A stretch of 64,000 nt of DNA from Ostrea edulis (Eukaryota): the NCBI RefSeq assembly GCF_947568905.1, contig NC_079165.1, forward strand, positions 61,752,001-61,816,000, in the 5' to 3' direction. Made by a program: the position numbers and the translations under genes. Positions 41,390 through 53,464 of the stretch are shown piece by piece (the stretch's first letter is position 1; every line of letters begins with the position of its first letter). The notes below the pieces were generated by a model. It was given only the letters and a program-made list of their open reading frames with translations. It did no database searches and was not told the DNA's origin.

Positions 41390-44300
41390 TCAAGAGTTAG
41401 TTACATCAAGGTATAACACGTTTGCTCTGTCGGATGTATGTCCATTTTGATCATTCCGACTTCCTCGCCCATAGCCAAGGGGCAAGGCTGTGTCCTGATA
41501 CTGTTCAGAGTTTTCGCTGTAATCAGACAGAACAGGCTTACACAAATGTGCATGCATTCGCGGAGTTACTTCAAGTACAGGGTCCAAATAGTTTTCACAT
41601 CCAACTGTTGAAGAGGGACTGGTTCGTTCGTCATCAGAATCTATGACCTTGGTATAGGTGTGGGCGGATCCTTGTTCATTCGGCTCTAAATAGGATTCCC
41701 CGTTACTGTCGGAATCGGTGGCTCCTTGGGATTTCACGTCGGCCCTATCAGATATTTCTGGGATTTCATTGATTTCCTGATATCCGCGTCCAGGTAACTC
41801 TGATTCACAATTTATTAATACATTGTATTTGTTCCTGTCATTTGTAGATTTCTCTTCATGTCTATTTACGACATTAGGCCTGCCGACGAAAGCTCTGTCC
41901 TCAATTTCGGAGTATATTTCAGCCATTTCTTCCTGTTTGACAGTCGAGCGTCTTTTCCGTTTGGATTTCAAGATTTGTTTATGTACACCTTGAATGATAA
42001 TAATTACTAAACATAATGTTATGGCACAGCCCACTACTAGAATAATATTGTTAGACATATTTTTCTCAACCATCGCCGATGTAGTAGTTATTAGGCTGGA
42101 CTGTGTAAGGCTTGCACTAGAAATGTCAATCTTCTCCCGTGTAAACGGTGATAAAGTTGTCTGGATTTTTATGGAAGATAATATTAAGGTTGAAGATTCT
42201 GAAAATAACACATCGTCATATATAATGGTTAAATTCTGTTCAACCCATATACATGTATGGGAATCTAAAACTCAGTAATCATAAATATTTCTTGTCCTTT
42301 TAAATTTGACTTAGCGAGTTAACTCAATGGGTTTTCATGCGTCCGCCATTTAGAAGACTGAGTTTGAATCTGTACGGGATTTCAATTTCCTCCTGAATTA
42401 TTTGGACTACTACTGTGCATTTTTACTAAAGTAGTCTACATCTATAAGTGTTTTCTCCGGCGTGTAAATGTGTTTCTGTCGAACTTTTGAAAATACGACG
42501 ATAGCTATTGAACAGTTACTGAATTTGAAGAAAGTTCAGATATAGGAAGATTTCACCTGTTGTATTGCAGCCATAAACATGATGACAATCGGTTCTTTTG
42601 CATGTAGTGCACCTTTGTAGGCAGGAATGTCCGTACTGTCCATCGGGGCATGTCAACATACAGTCGATTCCGAAATATCCTGGAGAGCATTCTAAGTAGA
42701 CAATGGGATATAATTACATTTAATATACAGTAAACCCATTCATAACGAATGCTTACGTATTAATGGTGAATATTTAGGTTTATCTTGTATTACACTACCT
42801 GTACCCTGTGTTTATATTTTATTGTTCTGTAATATTGGATTGTACGGAATATATTGGTTGACGATTGTTCCATTACCTGCGCTACCTGTTGCGATACAGT
42901 ACTAGCCCAGTGGTTAGGGCGCTTAATTCGCAACCTAGAGGCCCAGGTTCGATTCTCAATCTCGTGGTTGCGTAAGAGATTAAGTAGGACTTCCGTTAAG
43001 GTCATATCCGAGGTACTCGTGATCTTTACTTCTAATACCGGGCGCTGTGTGAAGGAATAGCGACTACATATCACTACCTATAGGAGTTATAAGATCACTA
43101 TGTTCACCATTCATGCTAGCCGGGATCAATAATCGTTAAATATAGGCAGTGATTGTTCTTTACCTAAGCACCTAGCATTAAAAGTGAAAGTCACAAGTCA
43201 CGCAAAAGATGAAATATCCTTTCCCTCGGTACAGGTAGTTTAATTAGTGTATCTTGATTGTAGCTTGATTATTGCCTCGGTAGCTTGATTAGTATGCAGT
43301 TGCGTTTTACTCTTACCATTAAAGGACACATCGCATGTTTCCAAAGTATACAAAATCATATGCATGTTGTCTTTCTTATGCTTATAGTAATCTTAATTCT
43401 AATAGTTCGTTCGCCGAAATATTGCTATAATTATCCGCAATACGGATTTAAATCTAAGCCCCGATATCAACTCGTTATTTAGTTAGGTATAGTCACGTGA
43501 TAGCGACGTCATATGCGACCTTCTTCGATCAACTGAAAGTGAAAATAGTGTTAAATAGTTTTAAAACCTCAGCTTTAAGGGGCGTAATTCATTCACCACA
43601 TACATTTATTTCGATGTTGACAAATATCCCGAATGTTATATTTCACCTACCAGTGCATGCAAATAGGGATGTAAATACCCAAATGAGTGTGAAATCGGCA
43701 ATTGCAAGTAAATATTTTCATGGGTCACTGTCAAAACACTATTTGGTAATGTTATTCCTTTAATTTAACAGTTGTAATTGACGTTGATTTTATTTACATA
43801 TAAAGAGTGCAATTATTATTTATTTTTTGGATTGGACAAATTATGGGATGCTTACTTCTCCTAGACACCAGATTCCACTTCTGGTGTGTCCAGGAGTCTG
43901 TGTTTGCCCAACTCTCTATTTTGTATTGCTTATACGAGTTATGACATTGATCACTGTTCGTTATCTTCACCTTTCATTATTATTATTTTTGAATTGTGAT
44001 CTATACGTGGTTAAGAAGTGGGAGCACGGTGTTATACTTTACTTGATGTTACGAAGCTCAATAAAAAAGGGAGAGCATTATAATACAACTTAAGGTATTC
44101 ATAATTGAAAGTTCAAATGTCTTCGATCTTTTTTTCTTTTTTTTTTTGGTAGACACTGGGATCACTAGTTATATGTTGTTATAAGGTGAAGGTCAGTTGC
44201 TGAGAGTGTGTATTGAAGACCAGAACAAAATACATATGTTGTAGGCATAACAGTGCTTAGCTTCGATATAACGATTGTTTTCACAGTTTTCTGCGTCTCT

Positions 44301-45308
44301 GTCCAACTGCCTTTAGAAAAGGTACGTAGAAAAAGGCAACTAGGGCTTTTTTATGGCAAAGTCCTGGCGCTGACAAAAATTGTCCACCTCTTTTGCCTCA
44401 GACATTCCTTCGAAAACCTTTGAAGAAAAAAAACTCAGTCTAAATCCATTCTACTGACAACTAGTACACCCTTAAACGGAACGAAAGAATCTAATGTAAT
44501 GTTATTTACAAGCCGTTAACATTATAATTGACATTTTTATTATTAAATCTAATCGGTTTATAAAATGGCTAAAAACTGTTTTCAAACCTTCTCGCTCGAG
44601 GTCGTATATGACGTCACACATAATGGCGTGTAAAATTTGTAAGTAAATATGCATGTCGTAAGATTTGAATTTTATCGCTTTCAAACTGGAAAACTACGCA
44701 AAATAGTTAATTTAAAACATATTTAAAGTAGTTCTATATGTAAGCATGAAAAGAATTAACCTTTCTGACAAAATAAAAAAAAACTTTAGAAACATGCAAT
44801 GTGTGCTGTAAGATATAACCATATAATGGAGGGGAACTTATATGGTTTACTGCCAAACTCGAGCTCCTCATAAAACAAAATTGATGTGAACTATCAGGTG
44901 ATATTTAGAAAAAAAGTTCCTTCCCGAGATATTTGAAAAATACAAAACATGTTTCGGTGTCTTTTACATATACACATGTACATGCTTCAAACTAAATTGT
45001 GCAGCTCAACAGTATTTTTATAGATAGCTATCAATGAAAGATACTTGTACATACTGATACATTTATCGTCTTTCAGCCGGAAGTTGTAACAACATGGACT
45101 CTGCACAGTACTGAAATGGGAGAATTTGAAAGGTACATGTACGTCGAATACGATGTGGAAAGAAATCGAGACATCTTGATTAGAGTAAAAGTACATAGAT
45201 ATACCTCTCTGGGCAGTCTCCTTTATTAGTTTGCGAAATTCCTTGAAGAAAAAGACAGCTAAAAATGGAAAACAACAGATACATGTAGATGCTTAGATGA
45301 TGAAGCAT
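41390..45308 (-). CDS. EGF-like single-pass receptor gene B, 367 aa, apparently intact
   Basis: Exons 45308-45205, 45110-45055, 42691-42557, 42198-41390; GT-AG, 1104 nt in frame; TM IILVVGCAITLCLVIIIIQ; tail with IYSEI, GYQEI, SYLEP, TYTKV, VLYLDV. Confidence 0.9.
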
Positions 45309-45445
45309 TTTCAATAAACCGGAAGGATTCTAAATATATCTTTCCTGAAGATCTGCATAATGTTTACACCAGAACACGCGGGTAAACGCATAATCGGAAA
45401 TTCGGTTGTTATCGGACACTTGACTCAAAGTGGTTTCTGACCGGC
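43502..45445 (+). repeat. recent segmental duplicate of window positions 1-~1930 (genes B and A, intron 2 to 5' of exon 1)
   Basis: Colinear high identity including introns; similarity stops abruptly at gtggtttctgac (1928 / 45445). Confidence 0.95.
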
Positions 45446-45896
45446 TATATATATGCAGACGTTCTCGATGGTGACAAATCGGTAAAGATACCAACATACT
45501 GCTGAGTAAGAAAATCCCAGACTACACGTCCAATATGTGATATTGCGTGTTCTTGCTGCAATATATGTGATTTCCTTGCCATCGTATAAACAGAATCACA
45601 AGGCAATTGATAATTTCATCTCAAAAGCATACAACTGTCAGATTTCCAATGAGAATCTATAGGTCTGTTCATGTGCAATCATAGATAGATATAGATATAT
45701 AGATAATACGGATGTATATTTAATTGCTGGGATAAAATTTAGAAATTCATTTCAAAATTAAGGATGATATCTCCCTCGTGCATAGCTCTGATCCTTGGAC
45801 GAATTTGGCTCCAGTTTTTTCTTTTTTGGCACTCTAATTTTCCTTTTAGCTCTTACAAGTTTTTTGTCATTTCGAATTTCCAAAAATTCGGCTTGA

Positions 45897-45940
45897 GCAT
45901 CACTGAAGAGACATTATTTGTCGAAATGCGCATCTGGTGC
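45897..45940 (+). ncRNA. minimal type I hammerhead ribozyme motif (Penelope-like terminal-repeat type)
   Basis: Stem I gcatca/tggtgc, core CTGAAGA, stem II gaca-ttatt-tgtc, GAAA, palindromic stem III TGCGCA, cleavage triplet ATC (after 45934). Confidence 0.8.
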
Positions 45941-46807
45941 ATCAAAATTGGTACCGTAGAAGTTTTCCATAATATATATATATATATATGTGCATCTTTC
46001 TCCCTAAACACCATCATGAAGACAACCCAAGACAGATAACCACATATCAAGCCAGTTGCAGGGTCCATGCTGGCACCTCGATGATCGCTCCGACCCAGGG
46101 ATGAGTGAGCGGGTGACATTATACAGTATTTATTTTGTAATAACTGTTAGTCTGTTTTCTAGTCACAACTTATCCTTATAATTTTATTATCAATTTATGT
46201 TACAGTATGTTTGTCACACTTGTAACTTTTTCTTTTATGTACAGAGGTATATGCATGCACTTGCTTTTATTTCATTGATGCCTTCATAAATGACCATTAG
46301 TATTCTTACATTTGGTTTGATGATTTTTGTTGTTACTGTAGTTAGGATTGTTAGAAAGAGTTTAAGGTATGCGATCGATAAAAACATTTATTTTCACAAA
46401 AATTCAATATTTGTATTTGTCCTAAATCGTGTGTGAAAACAAAATGCTTAATTTTTAGTGAGATAAAGATGGCAGAGATAGGAGATGATGCCCAGATCTA
46501 TTTATAATAAAAAAAAATTTTTTTGGTCAAAGTTATCTTCCCTTGTAGAAATGTAGAATTTTTTGTATTATTTTCATAATTTCTATGGTGACCTTTACTT
46601 TTCTTTTAAAATATTTAAAAGACCATTGGTAAAAGGGATCTTTGCACCATGAGCTTTCTTTGGAAATTATATTCTAATTGCCTATATGTCAGAAATTTGT
46701 TTTCCTCATAGATGTTAATGTTAATTTTTATAACAGATATTTCTTATGTTTTTTTATTCAAAATTCTTTGGGTAAATCACTGTGTATGTTAATTATCTTT
46801 CATTTAA

Positions 46808-47323
46808 AGGAACTGGTTTACGATTTTTGAACAAAATATTTTTCAGTTTTGATGTTAAGTATTAAAAATATTACTTATTTAATGTTGACAGCCAAAATTT
46901 TGACCTTCTGAATGCAAGAATAAAAGCAATAATTTAGCATTAAATCTGTGTTATGTAAACAAAGACTCGAGTCTTTTTAGGAATACAAACAAACAAGTGA
47001 AATATTGATTTTGTAATATAAAGCATCTTGATTTTGCATAGTCACAAATTTTAAGTTTTAGATGACTCATTTTACCCGAAGAATGCTTGAAATGTGAAAG
47101 ATATAATAAACTTTAATCGATATCCATTTCTTTTGAAAATTTCGTAAACAATAACATACCGCAATCTTTGTTTACAAAACAAATAATGAACTCTCTAAAA
47201 TGAGCATCTGTGATAATATATAACCTTAATTTTTATGTAAAATCTTTTAAACACATTAGACAGTAGATTTTGATCATAAAAAGTGAAAAACAAAATTTTG
47301 GGGAAAATCGTGAATCAGCACCT
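46808..47323. mobile_element. Kolobok-like non-autonomous element at TTAA
   Basis: ttaa/aggaactggtttacgatttt ... aaaatcgtgaatcagcacct/ttaa. Confidence 0.7.
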
Positions 47324-47719
47324 TTAATACCAAGTTTTGTATTACATAACAATTAATTTTTGAGAAAACAATGGGGTTTTATGGAACGGACACCTTAACA
47401 TAAATGTTATACGGTAAATGTTTTTACATGGAAAGTATCTTGTAAATTCTATCCTATTGACGTGTAGTTTGAAAATTAATCTGTATCGTCGAAAGTTCTT
47501 CTCAAACAAATATTTGAAGTGTGCCTTTAAGGAAATTCCGCTTTGTAGGAAGTAACAAATTTAGCATGATATATCACTCACAGATTTAGCCAAATTAATC
47601 TGAAATCTGATCAAAGTTTCAAGGAGATGATCCCTTTGTCCTCTATGGTGATGTTTTAAAACTCTGACTTCCGTTGTCAGTCTGAATAATTATTAATAAA
47701 TCACGTCGTGCCAGTACTC

Positions 47720-48920
47720 ATTGTCGCTTTACATTCCATGTACCAGTCAAATTCACCATTTATGTTATATTTTTATCAGTTATTAGATAGAATCTGTCAT
47801 TCATATCCGTTTTTATTAAAACAGGAAATACGGCAAACTAACAACTTTATGACATGGAATTGGCTTCAATGTCTCCATCGTCAACTTCCCATATTTGTGT
47901 AGCAATATTCCATTATCACCTGCATACGGTGTTTATTTCTCTCAACTGATTCGATACGCAAGAGTTTGTTCTGCATTTGATAAATTTTTCGATGGAGGCA
48001 AGCTACTGACAAATTAATTGTTGTTACAGGGGTTTCAACAGTGTCGTTTAAAGTCAACATTTCGTAAATTTTATGGTCGTTATAACGATATAATTTGCAA
48101 AACACTGGGTCGAATTCATAGTCAAAATAACCATGTGAAAAACAGTCTCACAATTGGTATGAAACGCGTCAGCCAGCATTCGACCCAGTAATACCTTGTT
48201 TTACAAATTATATCGAGTTGATCAGGTAAACGGAGCAATCCGTAGTCAGAATCACTGTGCCAAGAACGGGCTAACAATTGTTGTGAAACATGTCAGACAG
48301 CATTTTACCCAATTACAGGTTGTATTGGCAAACTAGATCATTGTATGATAACCAAAGAATTTGCGAAATGGTGGCTTTAAACCCCTGTACATGTTTGTCA
48401 GTAGCCTGTCTCGATTTCAAAACTGATCATAGGAAGAACAAGCCCTTGCGTGTTGAATCAGTTGAGAGCTATAAACGCCATATGCAGGTGATAATAGAAT
48501 ATTTCTACATAGATATGGTAAGTTGACGATGGAGAAGCTAAAATCATCCTTTTTTCAGTTGTTTGTTTTTCGTTAATATCTATTTTCAATAAGATATCTA
48601 AGTACAAAGCATTATGTGGAGGAATCTGTGTTGTCTTTTATTTCGAGTTCACTGAGATATTCTGATACGACACAAGAATGAAAATGATTAATGTTAAGAA
48701 TTAAATCGTCGTCGATATATCAAATGTTGAGATGAAGGTAATAGCAAGAATTTTTCTTTTCTTATCTTGTAGAAACTTCTGAATAAATTCTGCCTCATAC
48801 GAATATAAAAACAGGTCAGCTAACAAAGGAGCACAATTTGTGCCCATGAGAATTGCAACAGACTGTTGGAAGACTTGATCACTAAAGACTAGGAAGATAT
48901 TGTCAATGAGGAACTTCATA
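47720..48920. mobile_element. two Penelope-like element RT/3' fragments in opposite orientation
   Basis: Plus part encodes NFPYLCSNIPLSPAYGV..SQLIRYAR; minus part encodes FLIDNI...QQSVAILMGTNCAPLLADLFLYSYEAEFIQ. Related fragments at about 330-480, 24420-24760, 30084-30180, 39190-39590, 43830-43975, 63580-63990. Confidence 0.75.
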
Positions 48921-48992
48921 TTTTTAATTTAACTTCAGAATATTTGTGCGTGGAATCAGGGTTGTGTTTAACAAAGTAATTTTTTGGATACC

Positions 48993-49115
48993 TGAAGAAT
49001 TTATCGATATGTAAACTTCGGACATTTTACTCACAAACTCAACATAAAAGTGCTTCTCACTTTTATTCAGTTTGTTAGTAAAATGTCCGGAGTTTACACA
49101 TCGATAAATTCTTCA
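48993..49115. repeat. 123-bp near-perfect hairpin
   Basis: ~59-bp arms, about 5 differences, 5-nt loop cttct. Confidence 0.9.
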
Positions 49116-49309
49116 AAAAGAATGTTTAATCATATAATATCTTCAAAGCGAAGATCAATGCATATATATCCTAAGTCTAAGAAGTTTTTAAACCACTTTG
49201 AATATTAGTTAATAGTGCAATATTTCAGAATAGTCCAGCACAGGATTGGAAGTAAGAAGGAGTGATAAACAAATTCGTTGAAACATGGCAATATTAAAGA
49301 TTGAATTCT

Positions 49310-51255
49310 CTATTTCTTGTTTATAGAATGAACAACATCGAGATAAGTGCTATGTTGACCATAATTTACAACATCTAAGTAAGGAGCATCAGGGTCTGTG
49401 TCATCTACATCACCATGAGGCGTAATGTCTCTGAATTCATTTGTAGTGCAGGGATTGATTACGTCATCGTATTGTGACGAGGATCGGTTTTGTGGCCTAT
49501 CGAGTGTACGTGTATCAACAACTGATTCATTCTGTGGAGTGGAATGTATATCTAGATCTGTCACCTCGATGTAGCTGTGTCTGATCGATTGTTTCTTAGG
49601 CTTTAGATAAGGGGCAGCACTTCCATCTGAACTGTTGCTGCTGTCTGTCGAAGAATTATTGGTGTGCTGAATAGCAACAGATTGTTCCAAATATTTCGGG
49701 GAATCGTCTATTTTCTGGTATGAATTGCATTTTGCAGTGTACAGATGCCGAAGTTCACTTTCTTTTCTACTTTGTTCTGTTACATCCAGGTAACTTTGAT
49801 CGTTTACTGCAACATTCATATCGTTTATTTCATGATATAAGTCATCTGGCTCAGCAGTTATATTTGCTTTTATAGAATTCATTTTTCTAGTTTTTTGTTT
49901 ATTCAAGCGCATTTTCAAACACATTTGCATTACCAGAATGGCCAGAAATAAGGCAATGACGCCTCCCGTCACGGCTATCACTGAGGTGTAGTTGTACGGT
50001 GTATCCCGTGTCTGTGAAATGATACTTTGTGTACTTTGTACTGGAATTTCCTCCAATTTTGTGCTAATTGTAGGAGAATTTGATGAAAGTTGTTTAAAAG
50101 ATGATAAATCAGTGGAACGTGCAGAGGTCCATGTTATATCTAATCCCGTTGATACGTCAAAAGGAGGCGAAGAATGAATTGTTGGTTCTGTAATTTTCAC
50201 TAGATCAAAAGGAATAATTATATAATGCAGTTTAACAAATTTACTGAGTTATGAATTACTAGTAACAGAATAGAACACGTACTATTATTTATATGTATTA
50301 ATTTACCACTACATCCTGTTGCGAAGTCACATTTTGTTGGAGGACAAAACTCTGAACACTGCTGGCTGCAAAGATGTCCAAAAGATGGTGGTTTACATTC
50401 CTTGGAGCAGTTATCACCATAGTACCCATGTGGACATTCTGTAATATAAATATCATATATGCTCATGAATGTTTCAATTGTTTTCAAAAGAATCTGAAAT
50501 TAAACTGTAAAAGCACATTTCATCGTATTCGTGTGAAAATCCTTACCTTGTTTCAACTTCAAATTACCAGTTAAGAAATACTAAGAATCACGTATACTAC
50601 TAATCTAGTTTTTTCCTTCTGAAATTCCAGCTAAGTTTAGAACAATGCACATCATAGGCTACCTATAAGTGCAGAAAGGTTGAGTATTTGTGTTAATTGT
50701 TTAAGTCCAAGGATCATAACGCAGCTAAGCAGCAATGGACCAGAACACATTTCGAACTTGATCAGTAACTTATCAGGGTATACCAAACATAAAAAATATC
50801 TATTAAAGTCCTCTTCACCGCCAGTAAAGGGACTAATTATGAGAGTCCTATCACTCACCATTCAAATTTACACGTATAAGTAAGGATAAAGTTTCAGACA
50901 GACAAAATAAAACAGTGTGTCAACCCCCGATCTTCGATACGGGGGCATATAATATCCATACGTCATCTTAATGCATATACACTATACAATGAGAGAAGAC
51001 TTCCATACCTACACATGAGTTGTCAACCAAATAATGATTATAACAGCATTCAGAGGAATTTCTGTAAGAAAATGAAAACATACGATATTTTCTTTAAAAA
51101 AAACCCATGCAAAATACTCTATATCAGTTTTAAACATAAAGGAATAGAAGTAATTATACAAACCTTTGCCTGCACATGGTAATGGTCGCGGAAAGAACAT
51201 TTGTTTTGAGGAAGCGGAAGTTATGAAAAATGCAATGCTTGTTCACAGTTAACAT
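49310..51255 (-). CDS. EGF-like single-pass receptor gene E, about 388 aa
   Basis: Exons 51255-51164 (weakly hydrophobic, less certain), 51061-51009 (NSSECCYNHYLVDNSCV), 50438-50307 (ECPHGYYGDNC...FATGCS), 50199-49310; GT-AG, 1167 nt in frame; tail with LYHEI, HSYIEV, SQYDDV, STYLDV. Confidence 0.85.
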
Positions 51256-52324
51256 TATTCAACACTTCACCAGGAAATACCAGATACATGAAACCAGCAG
51301 ACAACTCAGTTTTACGTTAGGCTGCCATTTTCTGACTAGTAAGGACCACTTTCAATCAACAGACACAGCTTACATAGATTCAGAAATCCAAATTGCATAC
51401 CATAAAATATATTATTTTTCATTGCTGCAGTATTTCGGTAATAGACATGGTACAGTGTATAAAACAAAGATAGTTTAGTGATGGCGACCCCAAGAACAGG
51501 CTTCCACTCACAAAAATAAAAAATAAATATCTCGAAAGATTCTTTATTCGTAAATTTTATGGGGGGGGGGGGTTAGCAGTGAGTTATCGTTCCTATTGTG
51601 TAGCGGCGCCACGTGTCCCGGTCCAAGTGATAACTACCACACCATATCGTATACGTGATTCGTGAAACAATAGCATTATTACTGTTGTTAGCTGAACTTT
51701 GATCATGAGTTGAATAAGATTACAAAACTGCCGAGTAATAAATTCGATGCAAATCAAATCCTGGATTTTAAAAGATACATTTGTACATTGTTCCAATAAA
51801 TAGATAGCAGCCAAACTGTATGTTTTAATTTCTATTAATGATTCCCTTAAATATTAAATGAAGACTGAATACATAACTTGTAAGGAATATTATGAATGGA
51901 TACCAATAGCACCAGGGTTTGAAATGACTGGCTACCTAACATGGCTACGTCAACAAACGAAATCATTTGAAACTGTGAGTTTTCGGGTCATATGGGGTTT
52001 CGATGAATATTTGAAGGTATGTTTGGACACAAGTATAGTTGGAAAATATGTTAGTAATTTTTCGATATTAAATCTATGAGAAGGCATTATAAGAATACAA
52101 TGATATGAGGCCTCAACCGTGTGCAGCTTTTTGTGCGCCATAAATCGAAGGTTTTTATAAGGGGCGGATCTGTAGCTCTCTGATCTATCCCAAAATTTTC
52201 TCAGAGAGCTACAGTTCTGTAGCTATTCTGGACCGGGACAAGTATAGACGCCTAGCGGGAAACAGGGGAACGCAACTCACTACTACTGATTGATTGTATA
52301 CTGTTTAACGTCTCTATCGAAACA

Positions 52325-52371
<47 letters not shown>

Positions 52372-52903
52372 ATTTAAGCTTATGTTCGGCGCTTAGGGCC
52401 TTTAGTCGCCTCTTACGACAAGTAAGGGGTACTGATGGCCTATTCTAATCCAGATCCCCCACGGGACCAGCTCACTACTATCCCCCATTGAGAGGACCAC
52501 TGTCCTGAGAGGAAGACACAACATTCACCTTTTATTTATTTTGTTCGAGATTTTCCATCTTTTTGCCTTTGATATCTTTACAAATTGTAATGAGTCATTT
52601 CTTCATGAATGCGTTGCATCTGTGAACAATGCGAATAAGAATATTGATAAATATATAATGTCTATTTTAACGGCTGAGAATCTTCCGACAGAAATGAAAG
52701 CAGAATGTAAAATTGAAAATAATGTTAAGTTTAATTTTGAATACGTATAAGGGTATGAGTCGCAACGCTTCACGTCAGCATACGTTTGGTTCATGAAGTA
52801 TGCCAGCGTGAAACATGGCAGTTTATACCCTCATGCATTTTTAAAATTAAAATTTATTTCTTAATTGGAACTGCGTCAATCATCTTTTTTTTTTTTAAAT
52901 CAA

Positions 52904-52906
<3 letters not shown>

Positions 52907-52969
<63 letters not shown>
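52907..52969. repeat. (AT)n microsatellite
   Basis: Pure AT run. Confidence 0.98.
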
Positions 52970-52972
<3 letters not shown>

Positions 52973-53464
52973 CTGGTCCATTGTAATATATTAATGATGA
53001 TGCACTGGTAAGAATTGAAAAAGACTATAGCTGTGACAAGTTTGTTAACTTTTTCCTTCACTGCGGAACTTCACACGACCTCTAACCTTTGAATAGGTCA
53101 GGAAAAAAACAACACTTAATGTAATTTGAATAACAATAACGTTAGTAGGGGTGAATAGAAACAAGTGCAATTCCTGTCTGCTTTAAACAGTGATGGTCTA
53201 TGCAGAGGAGGCGCAAATTATCATTACTTTTTCTCATTTTCATACCACCGTATTATGCATGTACTCACTTAATTATCAAGCGAGATTTCCCATGCATTAT
53301 AAACATTAAATATCCAATGCATTTCCCGTTAATAAGGAAGACTAATATCTAGGGTTATCTATTTTAATTTCGTGAAAGTATGAAATAGTTTACACACAAT
53401 TCTTTGAAATTGATCCTGTTATATCTCAATGTCAATTAAAACATGCGTATGTATAAGTAGTCGT

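Noticed and set aside
50663-50750. Hydrophobic ORF MCSGPLLLSCVMILGL as first exon of gene E
   Set aside because: Weak donor; the CCYNHY exon and a phase-2 exon at 51.0-51.3 kb fit the family plan better.
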